From Candidatus Nomurabacteria bacterium RIFCSPHIGHO2_12_FULL_42_19 (GTDB lineage: Bacteria; Patescibacteriota; Minisyncoccia; Phycocordibacterales; UBA9973), in contig MFUM01000004.1 of the NCBI GenBank assembly GCA_001786955.1, forward strand, positions 4,457-68,456: a stretch of 64,000 nt of DNA, given 5' to 3'. Below, piece after piece: positions 44,452 through 53,586 of this stretch. Below the pieces are notes generated by a model. The model was given only the letters and a program-made list of their open reading frames with translations. It was not told the origin of the DNA and ran no database searches. A program made the position numbers and the translations under genes. Each line of letters begins with the position of its first letter. Position 1 is the stretch's first letter.

Positions 44452-44536
44452 GGAGGGTTCGCATAGCGGTCTAGTGCGCACGCTTGGAAAGCGTGTGTGG
44501 AGCAATCCACCAGGAGTTCGAATCTCCTACCCTCCG
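44452..44536 (+). tRNA. tRNA-Ser (anticodon GGA), long variable arm
   Basis: Manual cloverleaf: acceptor GGAGGGT/ACCCTCC, anticodon stem CACGC/GCGTG, loop TTGGAAA, T-loop TTCGAAT, discriminator G. Confidence 0.9.
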
Positions 44537-44561
44537 CCTTCGATTGCCGAAAATAATTTAT

Positions 44562-44783
44562 TTAGGCGGGGATATCTATTCGCTCTGATCGGTCTTCTTG
44601 ATCGGCTTTTTGTCTGGCACGAACAACTTCTTCCATGTGAGTAAGTTCCGTCCTGGCCTGCGTTTCATTTTTGCCTTGCGTCATAAGTTTTTTCATCTCT
44701 TCCTCCCATTCTTCCGGAAGATATTTAAAGCCAGAACCTTGATAACCCGAATTATTTAAATTTTTTGGTTTTTCTATTTTCAT
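44562..44783 (-). CDS. hypothetical charged 73-aa protein
   Basis: ORF only. Confidence 0.3.
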   Translation of the reverse strand: MKIEKPKNLNNSGYQGSGFKYLPEEWEEEMKKLMTQGKNETQARTELTHMEEVVRARQKADQEDRSERIDIPA

Positions 44784-44818
44784 AAATTTATTTACTTTTT
44801 ACACCTCTAATAAAGGCA

Positions 44819-47014
44819 TTATAACATACTTAAAAATTCTTTCTCGCTTAATATTTTTACACCCAGCTTTTCGGCAACTTTAAGCTTGGAGCCCGGGTCC
44901 GCTCCGGCTACGATATAGGAAGTATTTTTTGAGACGGAACCCGCGACTTTCCCTCCGAGAGCCAGGATTCTTTCTTTAGCAATTTCTCGGGACATTTGGG
45001 AAAGCGTCCCGGTCAAAACGAAATGTAATTCGGTAAATTTGTCGGCTTTCTTTTTTTCCGCTCTTTCCACGATTACGCCATTTCTTTGCAATTTTTTTAT
45101 GAAATTCAAATTATTTTTATTATTAAAAAAATCATAAACGCTTTTTGATACAGCCGGGCCGATGTTTTCTATACTATCTATCTCAGCAAGGACTCCCCTT
45201 GCTGAAGTTATTAATTTTTCCAGAGTGCCAAAGTGTAGCGCTAAATCTCTTGCTGTTTCCTCCCCCACATGCAGGATTCCGAGCGCCCACAGAAAGCGTG
45301 AAAAAGGGATTTTCTTTTTATTTTTTATTTCATTGATTATGTTTTCCGCCGATTTTTCCCCAAAGCGTTCCAGGAGCGCTATATCTTCTTTTTTAAGGGT
45401 GAAAATGTCGGCTGCGTCGGTAATGAGCCCTTCGTCCTTGAATCTTCTCAGTATTTTCGGGCCTAATTCATAAATTTCAAAGACAGAAACAAAATGCTCT
45501 AAATACCTTTCGTTTTTTGCCGGGCATTTAGGATTGCTGCAATAATGAGCGACAGAGATATTCTCCAGCTCGCAAGATTTCTGAGTCGCGTAAGTCCCAC
45601 CCGGTACCCCGGGAAGGGTCAAGCGCGAAGAAATCTCGTGAGCCGAAGAATCCCCCATCTTTTTCTTCCTAACTTTTCCTCCGCAGGCCGGGCATTTGTC
45701 CGGCATTTTGAATTTTTTTTCTTTGCCTGTCCGCATCCGAATCAGCACCTCCACTACTTTCGGTATCACATCGCCGGCTTTTTCTATCACGACCGTATCC
45801 CCGATACGCAAATCAAGGCGCTCTATCTGGTCCATATTATGGAGAGTAGCCTTGGACACCCGGGAACCCGCCACCAGCGTCGGCTCAAAAAGAGCGAGCG
45901 GTGTCAATACACCGGTACGCCCGACATTTACCTTTATATCCTTTACTATTGTTGTCGCTCTTTCCGCCGGATATTTGAATGCCACCATAAAGCGCGGCGC
46001 CTTGCCGACCACCCCTAGTGTCTCCTGTAATTTCAAATCGTCCACCGAGACAACGACGCCGTCCGTGCCGTAGAGAAAATCGGGCCTGATTTTTTCAAAT
46101 TTCTTTATGAAAGTAAACACTTCATTCATATTAGCGCACAGAGCCTCCAATTTCTCAACTTTAAATCCAATCCTGCGGAGCATTTGATGTTTTTCGGAGT
46201 GGGTTTGCATAGCCGAATCATGAATTTTCTGAGTCGCGTAAGTCCCACCCCGTACTCGGGGAAGGGTCAAGCGCGAAGAAAATTCATGATTCGGCGTAGC
46301 CTCGGCTATATCGTAAGCAAAAAAATCCAATTCCCTTTTGGCGGCTAATTTTGGATCCAGCTGCCGCAAACTTCCTGCCGCGGCATTTCGGGTATTGGCA
46401 AAAAGGGGTTTTCCTTTTTTCTCATTTTCTTTATTCAATTTAACGAGCATTTCTTTGCTCAAAAGCGCTTCTCCGCGGATTTCCAGGTGCGGAAGGTATG
46501 GTTTTTGGAGAAGAAGTGGAATTGAATGTATGGTTTTGAGATTTTGGGTTATGTCTTCCCCAATTAATCCGTCTCCTCTCGTTGCGCCGCGCATAAACTT
46601 GCCATTTTCATAAACAAGCGAAACTGCCAACCCGTCAAACTTGACTTCGCAAAAATAATTAAATTTCGCGCGCGCAGGTAAAAGCTTTTTGATTCTTGTT
46701 TCCCACTCATATAATTCTGTCTCACTAAAAGCATCATTAAGAGAAAGCATGCGGGTTTTGTGCTGAACTTTTACAAATTTATTAAGCGGTTTGCCGGCTA
46801 CTCTGTTTTCCGGAGCATTTAAATCGTTAAATTCGGGGTATTTTTTCAAAAGCTCTTTAAGCTCGTGAGTGAGAGAATCGTAAACATCGTCGGTTACACC
46901 GGGGGCGTTTTGGGTATGATATAAATCACGCAAACGCGCGATTTCTTTTCGTAATTTTTTTACCCGCTTGGATTCGGCGAGGCTGGTTCTTTTTTTATCT
47001 TCCACCTCTTTCAT
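44819..47014 (-). CDS. ligA: NAD-dependent DNA ligase
   Basis: Adenylation motif CEVKFDGLA, OB fold, Zn finger CPACG...CSNPKCPAK, HhH and BRCT domains. About 60 aa longer than usual because of two inserts. Confidence 0.95.
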   Translation of the reverse strand: MKEVEDKKRTSLAESKRVKKLRKEIARLRDLYHTQNAPGVTDDVYDSLTHELKELLKKYPEFNDLNAPENRVAGKPLNKFVKVQHKTRMLSLNDAFSETELYEWETRIKKLLPARAKFNYFCEVKFDGLAVSLVYENGKFMRGATRGDGLIGEDITQNLKTIHSIPLLLQKPYLPHLEIRGEALLSKEMLVKLNKENEKKGKPLFANTRNAAAGSLRQLDPKLAAKRELDFFAYDIAEATPNHEFSSRLTLPRVRGGTYATQKIHDSAMQTHSEKHQMLRRIGFKVEKLEALCANMNEVFTFIKKFEKIRPDFLYGTDGVVVSVDDLKLQETLGVVGKAPRFMVAFKYPAERATTIVKDIKVNVGRTGVLTPLALFEPTLVAGSRVSKATLHNMDQIERLDLRIGDTVVIEKAGDVIPKVVEVLIRMRTGKEKKFKMPDKCPACGGKVRKKKMGDSSAHEISSRLTLPGVPGGTYATQKSCELENISVAHYCSNPKCPAKNERYLEHFVSVFEIYELGPKILRRFKDEGLITDAADIFTLKKEDIALLERFGEKSAENIINEIKNKKKIPFSRFLWALGILHVGEETARDLALHFGTLEKLITSARGVLAEIDSIENIGPAVSKSVYDFFNNKNNLNFIKKLQRNGVIVERAEKKKADKFTELHFVLTGTLSQMSREIAKERILALGGKVAGSVSKNTSYIVAGADPGSKLKVAEKLGVKILSEKEFLSML
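45568..45642 (-). repeat. family C hairpin element copy 1, in frame in the ligA Zn finger (75 nt)
   Basis: Outer arms GCTCGCAAGATTTC/GAAATCTCGTGAGC. Core TTCTGAGTCGCGTAAGTCCCACCCGGTACCCCGGGAAGGGTCAAGCGCGAAGAAA. Confidence 0.8.
46212..46295 (-). repeat. family C hairpin element copy 2, in frame in the ligA adenylation region (84 nt)
   Basis: Perfect 17-bp arms GCCGAATCATGAATTTT/AAAATTCATGATTCGGC. The core differs from copy 1 at 3 positions. Confidence 0.8.
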
Positions 47015-47017
47015 ATA

Positions 47018-47509
47018 TTAATAAGATACTCTGATTTCACGTTCAATGCGATTCGGATTAGAGGGTAAACATCCGGAATCGCCAATATTATATCCCTTTG
47101 AGGTAACTGTCGTGATTATTGACGGTGCTTTAGTGATATTATCTTTAAAAACAGTCACATTGGCACAACCAAGCTCGCTATTACCCAGTCTGGAAACGAC
47201 AAAATTCCAGGATGGGAAAATGCCATTCAGGGTAATATTGCCACCGAGACACTGCACTGTGCCTGATCCTCCGCTCTGCACGAAAGAATTACTGGAAGGT
47301 TTGTCATTGTTGAGTGCGCATTCGGCGCCGGTATCAGCGGCAAAAAAAGCTTCATTGGTGTCTTTGGCGGAAGTGCCAAATCTGATTTCTTTCAAAGCAA
47401 TATTAGCAACACCCAGAGCGATGGCTAAAAGAATACTTGAAAGAGTAACTGCAAAAAGTATTACAAATCCCCTATTTTTTTTTATTTTTTTTATAATCAT
47501 TGCGTCCAA
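47018..47509 (-). CDS. pilus-cluster protein with a hydrophobic N-terminal segment (PilX-like?)
   Basis: NRGFVILFAVTLSSILLAIALGV N-terminus. Last gene of the pilin operon. Confidence 0.4.
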   Translation of the reverse strand: MDAMIIKKIKKNRGFVILFAVTLSSILLAIALGVANIALKEIRFGTSAKDTNEAFFAADTGAECALNNDKPSSNSFVQSGGSGTVQCLGGNITLNGIFPSWNFVVSRLGNSELGCANVTVFKDNITKAPSIITTVTSKGYNIGDSGCLPSNPNRIEREIRVSY

Positions 47510-47955
47510 TTAAATAAATTTTCTGAAAAAGTTATGCTGTAATTCCCTGAACCTTGAGTCCAGGAAACGGTTGAGAAAATTTTAACTTCCTCCGAATTTA
47601 CTATAGTTTTTTGAATTGTGCGGCTAAAACTAGAATCGGCAGGAGAGGAAGGAGTTATGTCGGCTATGTTGGCATCTCTGAAATTACTCCAATTTTTTCC
47701 TGTCGTTTCGGTATATAAAACATAAGTGTCACGCACATTCCTGGCATACTCGATGCCTTCTTGGGTCAAATAGGCGGCAATTATTTTCTTTTTGGCATAA
47801 TTGGTATCGGCAATTCCCTGAGACAAAATTATCAGCAGGCCTAAAATTGACACGGAGAAAATGGAAACAGCAACAAGCGTCTCTATTAAAGTGAATCCCC
47901 TCGGCAAGTTTGGAACTTTTTGATTTTTATTTTTTTGTTTAAAAAAATTTCTCAT
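47497..47955 (-). CDS. prepilin-type N-terminal cleavage/methylation domain protein (minor pilin)
   Basis: GFTLIETLVAVSIFSV class III signal. Confidence 0.7.
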   Translation of the reverse strand: MRNFFKQKNKNQKVPNLPRGFTLIETLVAVSIFSVSILGLLIILSQGIADTNYAKKKIIAAYLTQEGIEYARNVRDTYVLYTETTGKNWSNFRDANIADITPSSPADSSFSRTIQKTIVNSEEVKIFSTVSWTQGSGNYSITFSENLFNWTQ

Positions 47956-47959
47956 AATT

Positions 47960-48607
47960 TTAAATATCTATCAGTCTTTGGGACACTGAAGTCTGCAGAG
48001 AAAAGGGCGTGGCAACATTTTTAAAAGTTATCGTTCCAGTCAGTTTGATAGTAATAAAAGGTTGCTGCTGGTCGCCGGGAGGAGAAGTATAATTAGGGGG
48101 TTCGGCGCCCAATACTGAAAATCCGGAAACCGCCGAATCAATTACAACTTCGTCGGGAGTCAGTTGGATAAAATTAGATGCGCTATAAGGACCCGCCGTT
48201 GATTTGAAAATCTTGCCGCTGTCCAGATAGTAAATCCATTGATCGTCGTGATTAATCGGATCGCCGTCTGCAGCAGTAGAATCGCCATCGGCAGATTCAA
48301 AGGCTATGGCCCAGCCATTTATGCAACTCTTTGGAACGCTCACAATCGGAGAAGTAGTAGAAGGAATCGTGTCTCCGGCTGTAAAACAGTGATAATTATA
48401 TCCTGTTCTTAAATTTCTGGACATATCTTCCAGAATAAAACTTAAATTGTCTATTATTGAGCGCATGCTTTGCGATTTTTGGTGAAGCAGGTTGGCATTC
48501 AGGAGAGCGCCCATGCCGGCCATAATAATAATTATAAAAATAGACACGGCAATCATTGTTTCAATTATCGTATAACCGCCTTTAATTTTAAAATCTTTTT
48601 TAAGCAT
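47960..48607 (-). CDS. prepilin-type N-terminal cleavage/methylation domain protein (minor pilin)
   Basis: GGYTIIETMIAVSIFIII class III signal. Confidence 0.7.
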   Translation of the reverse strand: MLKKDFKIKGGYTIIETMIAVSIFIIIIMAGMGALLNANLLHQKSQSMRSIIDNLSFILEDMSRNLRTGYNYHCFTAGDTIPSTTSPIVSVPKSCINGWAIAFESADGDSTAADGDPINHDDQWIYYLDSGKIFKSTAGPYSASNFIQLTPDEVVIDSAVSGFSVLGAEPPNYTSPPGDQQQPFITIKLTGTITFKNVATPFSLQTSVSQRLIDI

Positions 48608-48608
48608 A

Positions 48609-49202
48609 TTAATTTATCTGCACTCTGCCGGAAGGGTATAATTTAATTACAGCCGTCATTGATTGGGGTGATTTAATGGTAATTTGAATATAATCAAAAT
48701 TATTAGTTAATGTTGTACCACTTGAATCTTTAAAAATTGCGCCGGAATCTGTCCGTTTAAAAATAATAGATAGGGGGCTAATTGGAACACTCGGAACACA
48801 AGCAACACCGGTGCATCTGTCTATTCCAAATATGTAATTATTTTTTTGAATATCTATAGTGTTTAATGCTTCTCCGGCTTCGTAACCATTAAGATTATTA
48901 AAATCAGCAAAATAAATAAAACTTTTATTATTACTGAGGTCAAAATAAGTTCCATAAGACGGCTTCCAGGGCGAAACGGTTGGCGCCTGGGTCGGCAATA
49001 AGCCGGATAGGGATGATTTCTGCGCCTGAACGATTTGCAAAGCAATATCGCTGGCAAGATTTTTTATGTCAACTTTTGCCTGAAAACCCCCGTAGTTAAA
49101 CATCACAATAGAAGACATGGCCGAAAAAATGCTCAGAACAACAATGAGTTCTACATAACTCATTCCCGCATTTGTTCTATTTTTTTTGTTTAATTTTTTC
49201 AT
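48609..49202 (-). CDS. prepilin-type N-terminal cleavage/methylation domain protein (minor pilin)
   Basis: AGMSYVELIVVLSIFSA class III signal. Confidence 0.65.
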   Translation of the reverse strand: MKKLNKKNRTNAGMSYVELIVVLSIFSAMSSIVMFNYGGFQAKVDIKNLASDIALQIVQAQKSSLSGLLPTQAPTVSPWKPSYGTYFDLSNNKSFIYFADFNNLNGYEAGEALNTIDIQKNNYIFGIDRCTGVACVPSVPISPLSIIFKRTDSGAIFKDSSGTTLTNNFDYIQITIKSPQSMTAVIKLYPSGRVQIN

Positions 49203-49212
49203 TTTTTAAAGA

Positions 49213-49225
49213 AAGAACCGTTCTT
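49213..49225. repeat. third copy of the palindrome AAGAACCGTTCTT
   Basis: Lies 11-23 nt upstream of the minor pilin ATG (49202). Compare 6282-6323. Confidence 0.5.
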
Positions 49226-49238
49226 GCTTAAAACTTGC

Positions 49239-50063
49239 CTAAAAAAGACGCAATTCAAAAAGAAACGCCAAGAGCGCGCCTAAAACCAGATATGGAGCAA
49301 AGGGAATTTCGCTTTTTATTCCGTATTTTTTAGAAAAAACAACAAGAGAAAGACCGACAATGGCCCCAAGCCAGAAAGCGACCACAAGGCCGGAGAATGC
49401 GCGCGCGAGCCCAAGCAGCCATCCCAAGCCGACTGCCAGTTTGGCATCCCCCAGCCCCATCCAAGTTCCGGAAGACACGAGCCAAAATAAATAAAAAGGT
49501 AAAGCAATCAAGAAGCCGGACAAAAATTCCAAAATTGAAGGCATGTGCGGATAAAAACCTGCCTGCGCCCAGCCTGCGCTGGCAGAAGACAGGCCAGAAT
49601 TGTTAAAAAAGAATAAGCCGATAAAACCAAGAGCGCCTAAGGCAAAAGCGAGCGAGTCGGGGATTATTTTATGCCGGAGGTCGTAGACGGCAATAACCAC
49701 CAGAAGCGCGAATATCGCGGCATAATAAGCATAAGCGATAATAAATGCGGGAGTAAAAAAACTAAACTGTCCGCCCAGGGCGGAAAACTTTAAAAAGAGC
49801 GCCGCAAAAATCAGGCCGGTCGCCAGCTCGACCAAAGGATAGGAAATTGAGATTCTTGTTTTGCAGGTTCGGCATCTACCTCCCAAAACAAAAAAACTTG
49901 CGAGCGGGACAAGCTCATACCAGCAAAGAGTATTCTGACAGGACATACAGGCGCTTCTCCCGCCGAAGGATCTCTCGGTGTTCAGCCGGGCAATGACAAC
50001 ATTTAAAAAACTTCCGATAATCAGGCCAAAAAAAAAGAAAATAATTGTAACTACAATGATCAT
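49239..50063 (-). CDS. pilD: prepilin peptidase (A24 family)
   Basis: N-terminal Cys motif CMSC...CRTC and a catalytic Asp context (GLGDAKL). Confidence 0.9.
   Translation of the reverse strand: MIIVVTIIFFFFGLIIGSFLNVVIARLNTERSFGGRSACMSCQNTLCWYELVPLASFFVLGGRCRTCKTRISISYPLVELATGLIFAALFLKFSALGGQFSFFTPAFIIAYAYYAAIFALLVVIAVYDLRHKIIPDSLAFALGALGFIGLFFFNNSGLSSASAGWAQAGFYPHMPSILEFLSGFLIALPFYLFWLVSSGTWMGLGDAKLAVGLGWLLGLARAFSGLVVAFWLGAIVGLSLVVFSKKYGIKSEIPFAPYLVLGALLAFLFELRLF
49558..49585. repeat. family B GC-rich insert, in frame in pilD
   Basis: CCTGCCTGCGCCCAGCCTGCGCTGGCAG. pilD peptide SASAGWAQAG. Confidence 0.55.
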
Positions 50064-50084
50064 ATTAATTAAAACTATCCGTAA

Positions 50085-50543
50085 TTAATCACAAATCGGG
50101 CCGGAAATATTACCTATTTCCCCTTTGGCGTTGCCTTGAGAATCAATACACCAATAATTGAAATTTCCTTCTTTGCTTTTTAGTAAAGCCGAAACCACAT
50201 AGGCTGAGGGATTAGCAGCACAGGTTGGCATTGTCCCGCCACTTTGTTTTTGCGCTTCCAGTATCGCTGCCCAAATTACAGTATTGCTAAATGGCGTACC
50301 GGCAGTCTGAGCGCAAGGTCCGATACTATGAGAATCAGTCCCATAAGCATTCGGAATATTATTCAAATACAACAACTCCGTTTGCTGCATTACGGTCCTA
50401 AGATTTGTTTTAACTCCGGCATTTGCCCCTTTGGCTCTTGAAGCGGAAGTGGAAGTTAGTATTACTCCGGTCAAAATAGCAATAATCGCGACAACGACCA
50501 ATAATTCAATTAACGTGAAACCTCGTTTAAAATTAGTTTTCAT
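50085..50543 (-). CDS. type IV pilin (second paralogue)
   Basis: [24 protein letters not shown]. The ATG at 50543 is preferred over the upstream extension. Confidence 0.8.
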   Translation of the reverse strand: MKTNFKRGFTLIELLVVVAIIAILTGVILTSTSASRAKGANAGVKTNLRTVMQQTELLYLNNIPNAYGTDSHSIGPCAQTAGTPFSNTVIWAAILEAQKQSGGTMPTCAANPSAYVVSALLKSKEGNFNYWCIDSQGNAKGEIGNISGPICD

Positions 50544-50604
50544 AAATTTATCTTTCCTATTAAAAGGACTTTCTAATCCATTTATTATACCAAACCAAAC
50601 AAGC

Positions 50605-50641
50605 AAAAACCACCCTGAGTTTTCTTGGAGGGTGGTTTTTG
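50605..50641 (-). terminator. strong intrinsic terminator after the first pilin gene (bidirectional shape)
   Basis: aaaaACCACCCTgagttttcttggAGGGTGGTtttt. Confidence 0.7.
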
Positions 50642-50665
50642 TTTGTTGTAATCTTTAAACAGATG

Positions 50666-51112
50666 TTATGAACATACGCCAACTGTTGGTACGGTGTTAT
50701 AGGCCTTTACCCATCCAGAGTTATCTACGCACCATGTTCCAGTGCCTTTTAACGCAGGAACACTCATAGACCACTTTTGTCCACTTGAACCAACAGAACA
50801 AGATGCGGTGCTGCCAGATTGAGTATTAACTTGAACAATTGCTGCTGCAATAACAGGATCAGCAAACATACCAGTAGCTGTGGTACATGCGGTAGCGCCA
50901 AAATCAGAAGCAGCATATTTATTACCACCAGTGACACTATCATAATAAAGTTCTGCTTGTGCACGAACATTTGCCATATTCGCTTTTACCGCCGCATCCG
51001 CGCCCTTGGAACGCGCCGAGTTCAATGATGCAAGCACGACTGATGCCAATATGCCGATAATCGCCACGACCACCAAAAGTTCAATTAACGTGAAACCTTT
51101 ATTCATTTTCAT
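50666..51112 (-). CDS. pilA: type IV major pilin
   Basis: [30 protein letters not shown] class III signal and N-terminal helix. Confidence 0.85.
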   Translation of the reverse strand: MKMNKGFTLIELLVVVAIIGILASVVLASLNSARSKGADAAVKANMANVRAQAELYYDSVTGGNKYAASDFGATACTTATGMFADPVIAAAIVQVNTQSGSTASCSVGSSGQKWSMSVPALKGTGTWCVDNSGWVKAYNTVPTVGVCS

Positions 51113-51163
51113 AATCTTAATTTCTAAACTAAATTAATAATAATTAATAATGCAATTTCGACT

Positions 51164-51190
51164 CCCGCCTGCTCCCATAGGGCGGGCAGG
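51164..51190. repeat. family B-like hairpin, intergenic between pilC and pilA
   Basis: CCCGCCtgctcccatagGGCGGGcagg. Confidence 0.45.
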
Positions 51191-51241
51191 TATTTTTAAT
51201 ACGTTCATTATAACATATATGCAAAAAAGTTATCCACACCC

Positions 51242-52450
51242 CTAACTTATCCCTCCCGCTAGATTGTAAATAGGCATTAATACGGAAACCAAAAGTACAC
51301 CTACTCCCAAGCCCAAGACCACAATCATTACAGGCTCTATCATGCCGACTAATGTATCAACCGCATCGTCCACTTCCCGCTTATAAAAATCGGTCAGAGT
51401 TTTTAAAATAGCGCCGAGAGAGCCTGTTTCTTCGCCGACTAAGACCATTTGCACCATAATTCCGGGTATTTGTTCTCCGTGCTTTTCAAGCGCCGCCGAG
51501 AAAGCCAATCCTGATTTTACTCCGTCTGCCACTTCTGCCAGCAGGTTTTTATATACCAGACTGCCTACGACTTGCCCGGTAATGTCTATTGCCCGAACTA
51601 TCGGGACACCCGACAGAAGCATAGTGTTCAAATTGTCCGTTATTCTGGAAAGATAAAGTTTTTTATATAAATTGCCTACAACCGGAGTGGAAAGACGCAA
51701 ACCATCAAGATATACTTTCCCTCTCTCCGTAGAAGCCAGCCGCCAAACCCAGATTCCTAAAAGCACGAGAAAAATCAGCGCAAAAAGACCGTAGTGAACA
51801 AAAAAATTAGAAACGGCAATCACTATTTTAGTATAAAAAGGCACGGCTTGGCCGGAATCCAGAATAATTGTGGAAAGTTTCGGGATTACAATCACGAACA
51901 TCAAACTCATCACGATAAAAAAGGTGGCAATAACAAAAGCCGGGTAAATAAGCGCGTTCCTGGTCTTGGAAGTAAGGGCGTATTGGCGATCCAGGTAGTC
52001 TGCCAAATGCAAAAACGTTTGGTTGAGTTTTCCCGTCTCTTCACCCACCTTAACCATATTTATATAAAAATCGGAAAAAACATCCGGATGATGGGAGAGA
52101 GAGCCAGAAATGGAAACCCCCGCCTGAAGATCGTCGCCAACTTGGGTAAGCTTATGCCCAAGAAGTTTGTTTTCGGTGTTCGCCGCAAGCATCGTAAAAG
52201 CTTTCAAGGCAGAAACCTGCGCTTCAAATAAAGTGGAAATCTGGCGTGAAAGAATCACTATGTCTTTCGGCTTTACTCTTTCAAAAAAGGAAAGCTGGAA
52301 AATCGATTTATTTTCTCCCTCTTCTTTGATAGAAATAACAACCAAGCCCCTGCGCTGAAGCCCGCTTATTGCTATGTCGCGGTTAGGCGCATCAATTTCT
52401 CCCTCTTTGTTTATACCCTTATCATCTATTGCCTTGTATTTAAATAACAT
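51242..52450 (-). CDS. pilC: type IV pilus platform protein PilC (GspF family)
   Basis: Two T2SS-F repeats and three TM segments. Confidence 0.9.
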   Translation of the reverse strand: MLFKYKAIDDKGINKEGEIDAPNRDIAISGLQRRGLVVISIKEEGENKSIFQLSFFERVKPKDIVILSRQISTLFEAQVSALKAFTMLAANTENKLLGHKLTQVGDDLQAGVSISGSLSHHPDVFSDFYINMVKVGEETGKLNQTFLHLADYLDRQYALTSKTRNALIYPAFVIATFFIVMSLMFVIVIPKLSTIILDSGQAVPFYTKIVIAVSNFFVHYGLFALIFLVLLGIWVWRLASTERGKVYLDGLRLSTPVVGNLYKKLYLSRITDNLNTMLLSGVPIVRAIDITGQVVGSLVYKNLLAEVADGVKSGLAFSAALEKHGEQIPGIMVQMVLVGEETGSLGAILKTLTDFYKREVDDAVDTLVGMIEPVMIVVLGLGVGVLLVSVLMPIYNLAGGIS

Positions 52451-52473
52451 AGAAATTTAAATTAACTTTTTGA

Positions 52474-52516
52474 CCACAGGTCGGACCTGTGGGTTTCCCA
52501 TAGGTCTGATCTGTGG
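52474..52516. repeat. two tandem 19-bp palindromes between pilT and pilC
   Basis: CCACAGGTCgGACCTGTGG (52474-52492) and CCATAGGTCtGATCTGTGG (52498-52516). Confidence 0.55.
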
Positions 52517-52521
52517 TCCTA

Positions 52522-53580
52522 TTATATCAAGCGCTCAAGCCCTTTTGGATTAAGCGAATATTGATAAGCGTTATCTATGGAAATTTCCCCGGCGCGCACA
52601 AGCTCTATCAATGAATGATTCAAATCCACCATTCCGGATTCCATTCCCGTTTCAATAACCACATCTATTTCGTGCGTGCGTTTTTCGCGGATTAAGTTGG
52701 CAACCGCATTATTATTCAAAAGAAGCTCATAAGCCGGAATAAGCCCGCCCGCAATTCTGGGAATAAGCCTCTGGGAAAAAATACCGAGCAGGCTGGCTGC
52801 AAGCTGGGCGCGGATTTGGTCCTGCTGGTCGCCCGGAAAAGAGTCAATTATCCTGTCAATGGTCTGGGAGGCGTTATTGGTATGTAGGGTTGAAAGCACG
52901 AGATGCCCCGTCTCAGCCGCCGTTACAGCGGTTGCAATGGTTTCCGGATTGCGCATCTCACCTACCATTATTACGTTCATATCTTCGCGAAAAGCCGATT
53001 TTAGCGCCGTATGAAAATCTTTCGTATCAATACCGACTTCACGCTGACTAACAATAGATTTGTCGGGCGTGTATACATGTTCAATCGGATCTTCTATGGT
53101 TATTATATTACGCGCTTGTTCATTGTTAATTACATTAATCATTGCCGATAAAGTGGTTGACTTGCCTTGTCCGACAGGACCAACAACCAGAAAAAAACCC
53201 TGTTTCTTGCGGGCTAAATCGGCCAAAATGGGAGGCAGACGCAATTCTGTCATAGTCTGAACTTTAGGCACTAGTCTGAAAACTATATTAATCAAGCCTT
53301 TTTGGTAAAAGGCATTGCCGCGCAGTCTCGCTTTGCCGCGAAAATCATAAGAAAAATCGGCTTCTTGGTTTTCCTTAAATCTGTCAATTTTTTCTTTTTC
53401 CAGTATTTCGCCCAAAAATCCCAACATATCTTCTTGGGTCAAGACCGGATGCTTGGCAAGAAAAATAAGTTCTCCGGATACGCGGATAGCCGGCGCGCGC
53501 CCGGCGCCCAAATGCAAATCCGAGCCATTTTCGTGAATAACATTCAAAACAAGTTCTTCAAGTTCTTTTTTATAATCCAT
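52522..53580 (-). CDS. pilT: twitching motility ATPase PilT
   Basis: GPVGQGKSTT, ITIEDPIE and TGHLVLSTLHTNNA, in 352 aa. Confidence 0.9.
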   Translation of the reverse strand: MDYKKELEELVLNVIHENGSDLHLGAGRAPAIRVSGELIFLAKHPVLTQEDMLGFLGEILEKEKIDRFKENQEADFSYDFRGKARLRGNAFYQKGLINIVFRLVPKVQTMTELRLPPILADLARKKQGFFLVVGPVGQGKSTTLSAMINVINNEQARNIITIEDPIEHVYTPDKSIVSQREVGIDTKDFHTALKSAFREDMNVIMVGEMRNPETIATAVTAAETGHLVLSTLHTNNASQTIDRIIDSFPGDQQDQIRAQLAASLLGIFSQRLIPRIAGGLIPAYELLLNNNAVANLIREKRTHEIDVVIETGMESGMVDLNHSLIELVRAGEISIDNAYQYSLNPKGLERLI

Positions 53581-53586
53581 GATTTT

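Noticed and set aside
44304-44510. 68-aa ORF (minus strand) and the 44450-44644 ORF (plus strand)
   Set aside because: Both overlap tRNA-Ser(GGA) and its fragment. No coding signal.
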